NCBI GenBank assembly: GCA_002470825.1
Contig: DKOR01000017.1
Coordinates: 5,015 to 69,014, forward strand
Length of the DNA: 64,000 bases
Source: Thiotrichaceae bacterium UBA7357
GTDB lineage: Bacteria > Pseudomonadota > Gammaproteobacteria > Eutrophobiales > Eutrophobiaceae
Reading direction: 5' to 3'
Shown piece by piece: positions 32,656-43,029 of this stretch. A program made the translations under genes and the position numbers. The notes under the pieces were generated by a model. It ran no database searches and was not told the DNA's origin. It saw nothing but the letters and a program-made list of their open reading frames with translations. The number at the start of each line of letters is the position of its first letter. Positions within the stretch are counted from its first letter, which is position 1.

Positions 32656-33120
32656 GTGGAAACATTCATAAGATCAAGCATAGATAGGTTAGTTATTGGT
32701 TTATTATGCAGCTTCATTTTTGGCGAAATCGCTATTGCCAATTCAGAGTCTGAAAAGTTGTTTAATAGCAGTTTGTCTCATTACGAAAACAAAAAGTATG
32801 ATGAAGCAATAAAAGAGCTTGAGGTTGCGGTGAAAATAGAGCCTCAGATTGCTCGTTACCATCATCTTTTGGCTAAAAGTTATGGTCGTGAGGCTGAAAA
32901 AGCTAACTGGTTAAGAGCAATTCAATATGCAAAGAAAACTTTGGTTCACCTTGAAATTGCAGCAAGACTAGATAATCAAAATATTGATATACTCGGTGAT
33001 TTAATGGATTACTATCGGGAAGCTCCAGGATTTTTAGGTGGCGATTTGGAAAAAGCCGAAAAAGTTGAAAGACTAATTCAGAAATTCAGCACCAAAGAAA
33101 ACTTGGCTAAACGTGAATAA
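32656..33120 (+). CDS. Exported TPR-repeat protein
   Basis: Signal-like N-terminus; TPR pattern YDEAIKELEVAVKIEPQIARYHHLLA; APGFLGGD motif. Confidence 0.7.
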   Translation: METFIRSSIDRLVIGLLCSFIFGEIAIANSESEKLFNSSLSHYENKKYDEAIKELEVAVKIEPQIARYHHLLAKSYGREAEKANWLRAIQYAKKTLVHLEIAARLDNQNIDILGDLMDYYREAPGFLGGDLEKAEKVERLIQKFSTKENLAKRE

Positions 33121-33259
33121 ATGTAATGTGTTCGAATAGGCATGATTTACAGATTAGTAATTTAATACTCATCTTTGAATTGCACTTATACTTATTTTAA
33201 TAGTCATTAGTACATAAATACCTATCTTCATTAATAAACAGACCGAGATATTACTTATT

Positions 33260-35329
33260 TTGAAAAATATTAAAAACTTATTCATATTCACCGGCGCACT
33301 ACTTTTAATCTTTTCTAATGTCTGTGCAGATATGAAAACAGTACCTGCCTCTGCATTAGAGCCAAAAACTAAACATATTCGTTCAAGTGAGTTAATAACT
33401 CATATATTAACGAGTTATCATTACAAGAAAACTGAACTTGACGATGAACTTTCCGCATTAATTTATAAACATTATTTGAAGAATCTTGACCAAAACAAAG
33501 CCTATTTTCTGAAAAGTGATATTGATGAGTTTGACCATTATAAATATGAAATCGATGATGCCCTCATCAGATCAGATCTGAATCCTGCCTTTGAAATATT
33601 CAAACGCTATCGTAATCGTGTTGATGAACGAATACGTTTTGCGCTGGAGATGATTAATACTGATTTTGATTTTAGTATTGATGAAACCTATCGATTTGAT
33701 CGTCGAGAAGATGATTGGTTAGTCGATAAAGCTAATTTGGATAAGCTTTGGTATAAACGAGTTAAAAACGATGTATTAAATTTAAAACTCACAAAAAAAG
33801 AACCTGATGAAATTAAGCAAACATTAATAGCCCGTTACAATCGTATACTTAACAGTACACTTCAACTTAATTCAAACGATGTATTTCAATCGTTCATTAA
33901 CGCATATACAACATCTATAGAACCACATACCGCCTATTTTTCACCTCGTACTTCTGAAAACTTCGATATACGAATGCGTTTGTCACTAGAAGGTATTGGG
34001 GCAGTGTTACGTGGAGATAATGACTATACGGAAGTTGTAAAAATTATAAAAGGTGGGCCTGCCGACTTAAGTAATGAATTAAAAGCAGACGATAGAATTG
34101 TTGGCGTTGCACAAGGTGGAGAAAGTAAAATAGTCGATGTGATTGGATGGCGTTTGGATGATGTAGTTGATTTAATCAGAGGTCCAAAAGGCAGCATAAT
34201 AAGACTTGAAGTTTTACCTAAAGATATCGGTGCTGAAGGTACATCTAAAGTAGTGTTGATGACGCGTGATGAGATCAAACTTGAAGAACAGGATGCTAGT
34301 TCAAGTATTATAGATATGCCAGACACAAATACGCGTGTTGGTGTAATTAATCTTCCTACTTTCTATATTGACTTTGCTGCACAAGCAGAGGGTAACACTA
34401 AATATAAAAGCACTTCCCGCGATGTTCGCAAATTAATCAAGTCTATGATTAAAGAAAATATTTCCGGATTAATCATTGATTTACGCAGTAATGGTGGCGG
34501 TTCCTTATCTGAAGCTCTGGAATTAACCGGTCTTTTTATAGACAGAGGGCCTATTGTTCAAACCAAGGACGCTTCCGGCCGCGTTGATATCAACTATGAT
34601 CCAGAACCCGGCATCATCTACCCCGGCCCATTAGCAGTTTTGGTGGATCGTAATAGTGCGTCAGCTTCTGAAATTTTTGCAGGTGCTATCCAAGATTATC
34701 GAAGAGGTATCATTATTGGTGAGCCAACCTTTGGTAAAGGCACCGTGCAGAACGTTGTTGATCTGAATAACTTTATTGAAGATAGCGATGAAGATCATGG
34801 ACGTTTAAAAACAACAATTGCACAATTCTTTCGTGTGAGTGGAGGTAGTAATCAACATAAAGGTGTTATCCCTGATATAATTTTCCCAACCGCGGTATAT
34901 TCTTCTGATCAGGGAGAGAGTGCTTATGAAAATGCATTACCATGGGACCAAGTTAAACCAGCTCGATACTATCCACTCAATGCACCTGTGGAAATGTTTG
35001 AAATTGCTAAATCAAGTCATGAGAAAAGAATCAAAAATAATAAATTATTTCAGTTATTAATGGATGATTTGAACGTGAAACGTGATGCTAGCAATAAAAA
35101 AGAGATTTCATTGCTAGAAAGTAAACGTACTAAACAACGGGAAGAATTGTTAAGTGCAAATAAAGATATTAAGAATGCAATGCGTGTTGAGAAAGGCTTA
35201 CCTCCATTGGATGATATTAGAGAAGAATTGGAAGCATCTGATAAAGAAAGTGAAGAAGATGATTCAATAGATATTTTATTAAATGAATCTGCAGAGATAT
35301 TAAACGATTTAATATCTCTGCCGGAATAA
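33260..35329 (+). CDS. prc: Carboxy-terminal processing (tail-specific) protease
   Basis: SLEGIGAVL PDZ entry, DLRSNGGG, SASASEIFAGA and TFGKGTVQ motifs. Confidence 0.93.
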   Translation: MKNIKNLFIFTGALLLIFSNVCADMKTVPASALEPKTKHIRSSELITHILTSYHYKKTELDDELSALIYKHYLKNLDQNKAYFLKSDIDEFDHYKYEIDDALIRSDLNPAFEIFKRYRNRVDERIRFALEMINTDFDFSIDETYRFDRREDDWLVDKANLDKLWYKRVKNDVLNLKLTKKEPDEIKQTLIARYNRILNSTLQLNSNDVFQSFINAYTTSIEPHTAYFSPRTSENFDIRMRLSLEGIGAVLRGDNDYTEVVKIIKGGPADLSNELKADDRIVGVAQGGESKIVDVIGWRLDDVVDLIRGPKGSIIRLEVLPKDIGAEGTSKVVLMTRDEIKLEEQDASSSIIDMPDTNTRVGVINLPTFYIDFAAQAEGNTKYKSTSRDVRKLIKSMIKENISGLIIDLRSNGGGSLSEALELTGLFIDRGPIVQTKDASGRVDINYDPEPGIIYPGPLAVLVDRNSASASEIFAGAIQDYRRGIIIGEPTFGKGTVQNVVDLNNFIEDSDEDHGRLKTTIAQFFRVSGGSNQHKGVIPDIIFPTAVYSSDQGESAYENALPWDQVKPARYYPLNAPVEMFEIAKSSHEKRIKNNKLFQLLMDDLNVKRDASNKKEISLLESKRTKQREELLSANKDIKNAMRVEKGLPPLDDIREELEASDKESEEDDSIDILLNESAEILNDLISLPE

Positions 35330-35450
35330 AAAATAGTAAAAGAACAGTAGACCTTAAAAAGTCATTACGGAAATTATCAACTATAATATATATTAAGTAT
35401 ACTTTTCTGAAACAAAATATTTCACTATTTAATAATACCTAGGGAGCTTT

Positions 35451-36479
35451 ATAATCAGAACTATACCCGCAACACTAATCGAAGGCGATGGTATTGGCCC
35501 AGAGATTCTTGACGCTACAATAGAAATACTAGAGGTTCTCGGTGCGAGGTTTAAATGGCATAGATTTAAAGCTGGACTATCTGCCTTTGAAGAATTTGGA
35601 GATCCCCTGCCAAAAGCGATGATGGATAATATTCGAGAAACAAAACTTGCTCTTAAAGCACCACTAGGCACTCCAATCGGTGATGGATTTCGATCTGCAA
35701 ATGTACGTTTACGAGAAGAATTTAAACTGTATGCGAACGTTAGACCAGCGGTTTCATACCTTCAAGATCCTTACCGTCATGACAATATTGATATTGTTTT
35801 AATTCGTGAGAATACACAAGGCTTCTATGTTGGTGTTGAACATTATATACCGATTGACGATGATCCTAAAGCCGTTGCAGAAGCATCTGGGATTATCACG
35901 AGATCGGGCTGTCGCAAAATTGCAAAATACACTTTTGATTATGCTATAAAGAATAATCGCAAAAAAATAACAATTGTGCATAAAGCAAATATTTTGAAAA
36001 AACTAACAGGTCTATTTCTTGAAACTACAAAAGAAGTGGGGCAAGGAAAAAAATATGCAAGCTTGGAAATTGAAGACCGCATCGTAGACAACACCGCTAT
36101 GCAATTGGTTATTAATCCATCCCAATTCGACATGATTTTAACTACTAATATGTTCGGAGACATCCTCTCTGATGAAATTGCTGGTTTAATCGGTGGACTA
36201 GGACTTGCTCCTGGTGGGAATATTGGTGAAAATGCAGCAATATTTGAAGCCGTACATGGCACAGCGCCTGATATCGCCGGTAAGGGTATTGCTAACCCGA
36301 CTGCTCTACTCCTTGCTGCAGCAATGATGTTAGATCATATTGAAGAAAAGCTTTTAGGTGATCGTCTACGAGAGGCCATTAAATCAACATTAAGCAATTC
36401 GCATACACGTACGATAGATCTCCGAGGAACAGCAAACACAAAAGAATATACAAAAGCGATGATTAACTATTTGAATTAA
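35451..36479 (+). CDS. NAD-dependent isocitrate/isopropylmalate dehydrogenase family protein (probably IDH) with a non-canonical start
   Basis: The frame extends upstream of the tracked ATG (35619) through TLIEGDGIGPEI; RENTQG, VHKANILK, NMFGDILSD and FEAVHGTAPDIAGK motifs. The start position (ATA 35451 or ATC 35454) is inferred. Confidence 0.85.
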   Translation: MIRTIPATLIEGDGIGPEILDATIEILEVLGARFKWHRFKAGLSAFEEFGDPLPKAMMDNIRETKLALKAPLGTPIGDGFRSANVRLREEFKLYANVRPAVSYLQDPYRHDNIDIVLIRENTQGFYVGVEHYIPIDDDPKAVAEASGIITRSGCRKIAKYTFDYAIKNNRKKITIVHKANILKKLTGLFLETTKEVGQGKKYASLEIEDRIVDNTAMQLVINPSQFDMILTTNMFGDILSDEIAGLIGGLGLAPGGNIGENAAIFEAVHGTAPDIAGKGIANPTALLLAAAMMLDHIEEKLLGDRLREAIKSTLSNSHTRTIDLRGTANTKEYTKAMINYLN

Positions 36480-36545
36480 ATAAACTTACCGCTGTTTAAG
36501 CGACAACGAAAGTCTAAATATTTATTTTTTCGTATGATTTTATTC

Positions 36546-38495
36546 TCAAAGAAACGTTATAGGTTCAATCTTATCTGCACATCTAAATTTAAATATTGTC
36601 GCATAGAAATACAGCTCTGATTCTAATGTCCTTTTGATATTTTTCGCTTGTCGAAAACCATGCTGCTCTCCTTCATAAACGATATAAACTACGGGAATCC
36701 CTTTTAGCCTTAATGCATTTACCATTAATTCTGCCTGATTTGGCAATACTATTTTATCTTCTAATCCTTGGAAGAAAATGACAGGGCACGAGAGCCTGTC
36801 CACTGCATTTACTGGAGAACGTTCTTTGTATACTTCTTGAGCTTCTGGATACGCACCAATCAATGTATCCAAGTAACGAGATTCAAACTTGTGGGTTTCT
36901 TTTGTCAATGCTTCTAAATCACTAACACCATAATGACTGGCACCTGCTTTGAATACATCAGTATATGCTAATGCAGCAAGTGTCGTGAAGCCGCCTGCAC
37001 TACCCCCACGTATCGCTAGACGTTCTTTATCTACCCACCCCTTTTCAGCGACATACAATGCAGCCTTACTACAATCATTTACGTCTACTATGCCCCAGTT
37101 GCCGTTTAAACGTTGTCGATATTCTCGACCATAACCACTACTACCTCCATAATTAACATCAAGCACAGCGAAGCCACGGCTGCTGAAAAACTGCACTACC
37201 ATTTTAAGTCCATTATGCGATTCTCCTGTTGGCCCGCCATGACTCATGACTACCAAAGGAGGTTTTTCATCATCCAAACCTGTGTAATATCTATTTTGTG
37301 GCCGATAAAAAATAGCATGGGCATGTTTATATTCATCCACAGGGAAACTGATGCTTTTACCGACAGAAATATATTCTTTATCTAGACAAATAGCGTTCGA
37401 TTTTTGAATCACATTAATTATTTTTTGTTTAATCTCATATTGAATAATCGATGTGAATTCTGTCGGCGATGAACCTAGAAAGTATGCATTATTTTTCTTA
37501 CATACTAATGATTCAATATCAGTATATGGAAGCGATAATGTCTCAAATGTTTTCTTATCCGTATTGATGATCATAATATACGCCAGGCCTTGTTGACGAT
37601 ATATTGAAATAATCGAATTATAATCGATAAAATCATAATTAGATTCACGAAAAGACCATTGAGGTACAGCGAACTCTGCATCAAGTTCAATAACGCATTC
37701 AATAGCATATTCATCTAATCGATATAAATTCCACCAATTATTTTTATCCGATATGAAATAAAGTATACCCTCGGGACTCCATGATGGTTGACAAACTGAT
37801 TCATTGACATTGCCTCCAGCCACTAAACTTGCTTCTCCTATTTGGCCTACCCCATCAATTTCAGCTATAAATAGACTTGTATTATCCCATGGCATATTGG
37901 GATGAAACCAACTAATCCAACATATTTTCTGTCCGTCATTACTTAGTCTTGGATTAGAATAGAAATCAGCACCGCATTGAAGTGTGGTTTCTTTTCCAAG
38001 CTCTACTAAAGGCACTGCAACTATTGAACTAACTGCTTCTTTAGTTTTCTCTGAGTGGTCTTCACGAATACAAATTAATCGTTCCCGATACTTATCATAG
38101 ATCATATCTGCATAGCGACAACCTTCTTGAGTCGTTAGTTTCTTACAAAAATTATTAGCATCAACTAGATATAAAGATTGATCGTCGAAATTAGAAAAGA
38201 CTACTCCTCGTTTTGTCACTAGATATGAGCCACCTCCATATTCATGCACGCGAGTGCGCGCGTTATATTCAGGAGGTATAGCATCTGTTTTCTTTCCATC
38301 GATTGTTTGTTTAACAACAACATAACGACCACCCTCATTAGCACGCATTTCAACCCAATATACATCATCGCCAAAGTGACTAATCTCACCCAAACTAACA
38401 CTATTATTAAGCATCAAGTCAGTCGTGATCGTTGATTCCCATGAGCCGAAAGCTGATTTTTGTTTTGTGAAAATGGGTTTTTTTTGTTTATACAT
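36546..38495 (-). CDS. S9 family (prolyl oligopeptidase / acylaminoacyl) peptidase
   Basis: HGGPT, GGSAGG nucleophile motif, QGLEDKIV and EQHGF; ATG at 38495 is the likely start. Confidence 0.92.
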   Translation of the reverse strand: MYKQKKPIFTKQKSAFGSWESTITTDLMLNNSVSLGEISHFGDDVYWVEMRANEGGRYVVVKQTIDGKKTDAIPPEYNARTRVHEYGGGSYLVTKRGVVFSNFDDQSLYLVDANNFCKKLTTQEGCRYADMIYDKYRERLICIREDHSEKTKEAVSSIVAVPLVELGKETTLQCGADFYSNPRLSNDGQKICWISWFHPNMPWDNTSLFIAEIDGVGQIGEASLVAGGNVNESVCQPSWSPEGILYFISDKNNWWNLYRLDEYAIECVIELDAEFAVPQWSFRESNYDFIDYNSIISIYRQQGLAYIMIINTDKKTFETLSLPYTDIESLVCKKNNAYFLGSSPTEFTSIIQYEIKQKIINVIQKSNAICLDKEYISVGKSISFPVDEYKHAHAIFYRPQNRYYTGLDDEKPPLVVMSHGGPTGESHNGLKMVVQFFSSRGFAVLDVNYGGSSGYGREYRQRLNGNWGIVDVNDCSKAALYVAEKGWVDKERLAIRGGSAGGFTTLAALAYTDVFKAGASHYGVSDLEALTKETHKFESRYLDTLIGAYPEAQEVYKERSPVNAVDRLSCPVIFFQGLEDKIVLPNQAELMVNALRLKGIPVVYIVYEGEQHGFRQAKNIKRTLESELYFYATIFKFRCADKIEPITFL

Positions 38496-39038
38496 AAAAA
38501 TGTCACATCTTTTAATTATTGTAAAAGTTGTATGATAACGAATCACTTCATAACTAACATTAAAACTTTTGCAGATAATATTAAAGATTCATAATACTAA
38601 TCATATTAGACGAGATGAAGATAGTTTTCTGTCTAGCCACAATCATGTAAATTTTGTAGTTCTCAAATTGCATATAGAGCATTTCAAGATAGACTTGCTT
38701 GCAGTAGATAACTTGTTTTGCTGATAAAATCATCAATAAAGAAGTTTCTAATATCCTTGTTCTAATCAACATCATTAGAACACACAGACATCATGTGGAA
38801 TTAGCTATGTCAATCCTCTTTTTTATTTAATAATATTGTATCGAAATCACCTGATCTGCAAAATATATTTGTAATAGAATACAATTATTTTAAAAAAACT
38901 ATCCGAATCACACATTAACCAAGGTATAATTTATTTATTAGAAAATCAGTATAATATGAAAAACATGACGTTTTGTATTAGCGAATATCTTAAAAATCTA
39001 TTAAAGAGCAGATAGAAAATAATATCTATGAATCTTCT

Positions 39039-39722
39039 ATGAATAAAGAATCACTTAAAATAATAAGTCTACTTTTAATCACCACCAATTCTATATTAGT
39101 AACTGCTAATAATAGTTTATTACCGATGTATGGCGAGAAAAAAAGAGAGAAAAGTTCTGTAATAGTAGAAAAAGATAATAGATTTATCGCTAAAGCTATG
39201 AAGTCATTTAGCAGTCGTGAACACGCAGCAGAAGGTTATGTTGAACGTGGTTTTGAAATGTATAGTCAGAATAAGTTTGATAAATCGATGCGACGATTTA
39301 ACGAAGCATGGTTATTAAACTCGAAGAATGCATATATCTATCTTGGCTATGGTTTACTCTACAATAATGAAGAGAAGTTCTGTAAAGCCATGGAAATGTT
39401 TACGCAAGCTTATAAGAAAGGCTTAATAGAAAGTGGTTTTCTCGCTGATTACGCATATACAACCACAAAATGTGCATTAACTAAGGAGAATCAACTACAA
39501 AAAGTATTATTTAATGATGCAAATAATTTATCTCATCAGGCGAGCCAAACAACAAACAAGCGTCTGAAAGCTTATGCTTATCAAGCTTGGGCAAAATCTT
39601 ATTTTCTACAAAATGACTTCATGAATTCACAAGAAATGTTAAAAAAAGCAAAAAAAAATGACGGTGCTATTGATACTAAATTTGAGCAATCTTTAAAAGC
39701 AAAAATAATTCAGCTTGAATAA
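39039..39722 (+). CDS. Exported TPR-like protein
   Basis: Signal peptide; LLPMYG and SMRRFNEAWLLN TPR-like helices. Confidence 0.7.
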   Translation: MNKESLKIISLLLITTNSILVTANNSLLPMYGEKKREKSSVIVEKDNRFIAKAMKSFSSREHAAEGYVERGFEMYSQNKFDKSMRRFNEAWLLNSKNAYIYLGYGLLYNNEEKFCKAMEMFTQAYKKGLIESGFLADYAYTTTKCALTKENQLQKVLFNDANNLSHQASQTTNKRLKAYAYQAWAKSYFLQNDFMNSQEMLKKAKKNDGAIDTKFEQSLKAKIIQLE

Positions 39723-39723
39723 C

Positions 39724-40089
39724 ATGAATACTCTCATTATCTTGGCTCATGGCAGCCGAAGACAAGAATCTAATGCAGAGATCGCGTCGCTAGCTAAACA
39801 AGTAGAAAAGTGCTCTGATAATGAATACGATATCACTGCGTATGCTTTTTTAGAATTAGCAGAACCTGATCTTACTCAGTGTATTGAGAATATGATCACC
39901 TATGGTGCATCTGATATTACTATATTTCCTTATTTCCTTAATTCGGGAAACCATGTCACATGTGATATCCCAGCTCTTATAAAAGAAGCTAATGCTCAAT
40001 ATCCAGATTGTCGATTTCGTCTATCATCATTTATTGGCAAACACAAAGATATACCTAATCTTATTTTGGAACTTGCAAATCTCGAGTAG
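39724..40089 (+). CDS. Short CbiX/SirB-type sirohydrochlorin chelatase
   Basis: AHGSR, AFLELAEP and PYFLNSGNHV motifs, with both metal-binding His residues present. Confidence 0.88.
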   Translation: MNTLIILAHGSRRQESNAEIASLAKQVEKCSDNEYDITAYAFLELAEPDLTQCIENMITYGASDITIFPYFLNSGNHVTCDIPALIKEANAQYPDCRFRLSSFIGKHKDIPNLILELANLE

Positions 40090-40315
40090 TAAAATCAACT
40101 ATTCAAAATGTGGCTGCACAAAAACATCATCAACCAAATACAACTGCTGCATTAAAAAAAGAAGATCGTAGTCAATACCTAGACCTGTTGGCTAAACCTA
40201 GCCATATTAGATTCAAACGTGTTTATTATTTTAATCTTTGGAAATAATGTTTTGCAGATGAAAATTAATAAATAGCCCAAAAAAAATTATGTTGTTGAAT
40301 TTGTATAAATGCTAG

Positions 40316-40816
40316 TTAACCTGTTACTGAGGTACTCTTTTGATTATTGTCTATAAATTCGCGTACTTGTTTAATTGAGTTTTTCGAAAACTCGATTTTT
40401 GCTCTTTCATCTTGAATTTCTTTAACGCTCGAAAAAGCTCCCAACATATCTGGATTTTTTATTAGCTTATACGAATTCAGCATTATCTCACTCATTTTCT
40501 TTGCGACCTCTGGAACGAAACTTAGACCCCACATATCATGCTTTAAACGAGAAAGTCGGCGTTTTAAATTTTTTCGCTCTTTTTGAAGGATTAGATATTC
40601 AGCTTTCATTAATTTTATTTTTTCATCATCACTAGGCTCGTTAAGATTAGCATGTAAAATAACATTTTCATTAGCAGTGCCTTCTATAATTTCACTTTTC
40701 TCTAGACCCTTTTCTATTGATGACAGTTTGCGATTATTAGTTTGGTTTGATGGCCAGAACAAATTAGCCATAAAAATTATCAGTATGATAATGACTAAAC
40801 CTACCATAACCTTCAT
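40316..40816 (-). CDS. Hypothetical membrane-anchored coiled-coil protein
   Basis: GAGGAG SD site, N-terminal TM segment and a helical body. Confidence 0.7.
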   Translation of the reverse strand: MKVMVGLVIIILIIFMANLFWPSNQTNNRKLSSIEKGLEKSEIIEGTANENVILHANLNEPSDDEKIKLMKAEYLILQKERKNLKRRLSRLKHDMWGLSFVPEVAKKMSEIMLNSYKLIKNPDMLGAFSSVKEIQDERAKIEFSKNSIKQVREFIDNNQKSTSVTG

Positions 40817-41200
40817 GTTGTTCTCCTCTTCATTAATTGAATAAAACTGATGATTCTGCTATGACTTTCTCTGTCTATATTGAGATACATTCATTAAGCA
40901 ATGTGATTTTACTAATTGCTATATCAGTCGCGTCCTATATTTATCATCGTATAGAATCAGACCCATTATGATATGTCAAAATTATAAAAACATTATTAAT
41001 CTAGAGAAAATAAATGATTTTATTATTTAAAATTCTATTTTAATCAATAGTTTAAATGATCATCATTAACTCAACTTTCTAATGTAATTACTAGATAAAA
41101 ACGATAAAGACTTGATGTAGTTAAATTTTTACTTGATTTAAACTCAATAATATCATAAAACTATTCTATAGTAATTTGCTGAGTTTGTTTCGAGATCATT

Positions 41201-41716
41201 ATGTTAACTGATGCGCGTCTAAATCGTAATTCTTATCAACCTCGAGTTGGGTCGATATCCCCTCCTATGCCACCGGGTCAATCGATAGATTTTAAAAATG
41301 AATTACTCGTGGGATTTATTAAACATCCCGACCGTTTTCCGCTTCAAATTAGGCGTTTACATTTCTGGGAACGAACAAAAATCAAAGTATCAGAGACTTC
41401 AAATATAGGTTTAACCTTCTCATCCGATGAATATCAAAAACCAGGTGGCATTCTTGAAATAACCATACCAATGCGTATAGAAACACATCGTTTTTTGGGT
41501 AAGACTGTCATGGTAAAAGAGACTCATAATGATTATGAGATAGGTATACGGCTTTTAAATGCTGAAGATAGTCAAAAACTAAGGATAGTTGAACAGATAT
41601 GTCATATAGAACTTTATTTAAACGACAAACGTTATAAAGAAGGTCCTTTCCTAAGTCGAGAAAAGCTAACAGAAGAATGGATTAGTCTTTATGCAAGCAG
41701 CTTTCCGAAAAATTAA
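41201..41716 (+). CDS. PilZ-like domain protein
   Basis: FIKHP..FP, IGLTFS, YEIGIR and LRIVEQICHIELY pattern seen in gammaproteobacterial single-domain PilZ proteins. The RxxxR motif appears degenerate. Confidence 0.6.
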   Translation: MLTDARLNRNSYQPRVGSISPPMPPGQSIDFKNELLVGFIKHPDRFPLQIRRLHFWERTKIKVSETSNIGLTFSSDEYQKPGGILEITIPMRIETHRFLGKTVMVKETHNDYEIGIRLLNAEDSQKLRIVEQICHIELYLNDKRYKEGPFLSREKLTEEWISLYASSFPKN

Positions 41717-41734
41717 ACATATTGGAGGTAAATT

Positions 41735-41875
41735 ATGAATTATGTAAGAACGTCATCTGGCTCAATGATGGCAATTAATACTAAAACAATTACTACTACT
41801 ACTACTAATCAGCAAAAAAAAATTGCTAGACCAAATGGTAAATTAAAAAAAGATTTAAAATCATATTTAAAATAA
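41735..41875 (+). CDS. Small 46-aa basic, Thr-rich protein (not in ORF track)
   Basis: GGAGGT SD at 41724-41729 and ATG at 41735; translates as MNYVRTSSGSMMAINTKTITTTTTNQQKKIARPNGKLKKDLKSYLK. Confidence 0.55.
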   Translation: MNYVRTSSGSMMAINTKTITTTTTNQQKKIARPNGKLKKDLKSYLK

Positions 41876-41947
41876 ATCATTATTTTTCGTTCATCAGTTG
41901 GCGAAACAGTCGTAATTACACATCTCACTTCATGGAAAAATATCGTA

Positions 41948-42349
41948 ATGGCAAAATCTTTAAACAAAACAATTGGCGACAGCGAAATCAGTTTGAAAGC
42001 ATTCCAAGTTCTAGCGGATAACAGCTTTGACTCCGTCCTCATTACTGATGCTACTAAAGCCGGGAAAATAATATATGCCAACAAGGCTTTTAATAAATTG
42101 ACGGGGTATAGCGTGGATGAAGTTATTGGAAAGACTCCTAGGATCTTGCAGGGCTCGGCAACTGACAAAATGGTTTTGGAACGTCTTAGCAAATCGTTGC
42201 AAAATGGAAAACACTTTGAGGGTAGCGCCATAAATTATAAGAAAAATGGTAAACCATTCATCATGCATTGGCGTGTAGTGCCCGCGAAGATTGGAAAAAA
42301 GACGAAGGTTTGGCTAGCTATTCAAAGAGAAGGAACCGCTATTAGCTAA
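41948..42349 (+). CDS. Stand-alone PAS domain protein (LOV-like, lacking the photoactive Cys)
   Basis: [36 protein letters not shown] and AIQRE motifs. Confidence 0.85.
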   Translation: MAKSLNKTIGDSEISLKAFQVLADNSFDSVLITDATKAGKIIYANKAFNKLTGYSVDEVIGKTPRILQGSATDKMVLERLSKSLQNGKHFEGSAINYKKNGKPFIMHWRVVPAKIGKKTKVWLAIQREGTAIS

Positions 42350-42980
42350 AATAAGTAATGCCAGTACCTCCTAAACCACAATAACCTGCTGGATTTTTTG
42401 CTAGGTACTGTTGATGATATGTCTCTGCATAATAGAACTTTGATGCATCAATTATCTCAGTCGTAATCGAGGGAAAGCCTGCTCCATTAAGTTTAATTTG
42501 ATAAATATCTCTGCAAGATTTTGCAATCTCTTTTTGTTTTTCATCAAAAACATAAATTCCTGAACGATACTGTGTGCCACTATCATTTCCTTGACGCATT
42601 CCTTGTGTGGGATTATGTGATTCCCAAAAAACAGCTAATAGCTGTTCGAAACTAATTTTCTCAGGCAAATAGTTTACGAGCACTACTTCATTATGTCCTG
42701 TCATGCCTGTGCAAACTTCTTCATAACTTGGGTTTGGTGTGATTCCTCCAGTATAAACAACCGCAGTTGAGTAGACCCCCGCTAATCCCCAAAATTTTCT
42801 TTCAGCACCCCAAAAACATCCAAGACCAAATAAGGCTTGCTCTATATCTTCAGGAAATGGACGCTTGATTGAGTTGCCATTAACAAAATGACGGCTTTCA
42901 ACAATCATAGGTGCCTTACGTCCGGATAGTGCAGTATCAACGCTAGGTAATTGTGATTTTTTATTTAATCCAAATATCAT
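42342..42980 (-). CDS. msrA: Peptide-methionine (S)-S-oxide reductase
   Basis: GCFWG, YEEVCTG.TGH.E, QYRSGIY and YHQQYL motifs. Confidence 0.96.
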   Translation of the reverse strand: MIFGLNKKSQLPSVDTALSGRKAPMIVESRHFVNGNSIKRPFPEDIEQALFGLGCFWGAERKFWGLAGVYSTAVVYTGGITPNPSYEEVCTGMTGHNEVVLVNYLPEKISFEQLLAVFWESHNPTQGMRQGNDSGTQYRSGIYVFDEKQKEIAKSCRDIYQIKLNGAGFPSITTEIIDASKFYYAETYHQQYLAKNPAGYCGLGGTGITYFS

Positions 42981-43029
42981 GATTTTGTGTGATTACAATT
43001 TGAGCTCTAAGTTCACAAGGCTAGCATAG

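Noticed and set aside
38581-38775. 64-aa minus-strand ORF
   Set aside because: No motif and no convincing SD site; treated as spacer or remnant DNA.
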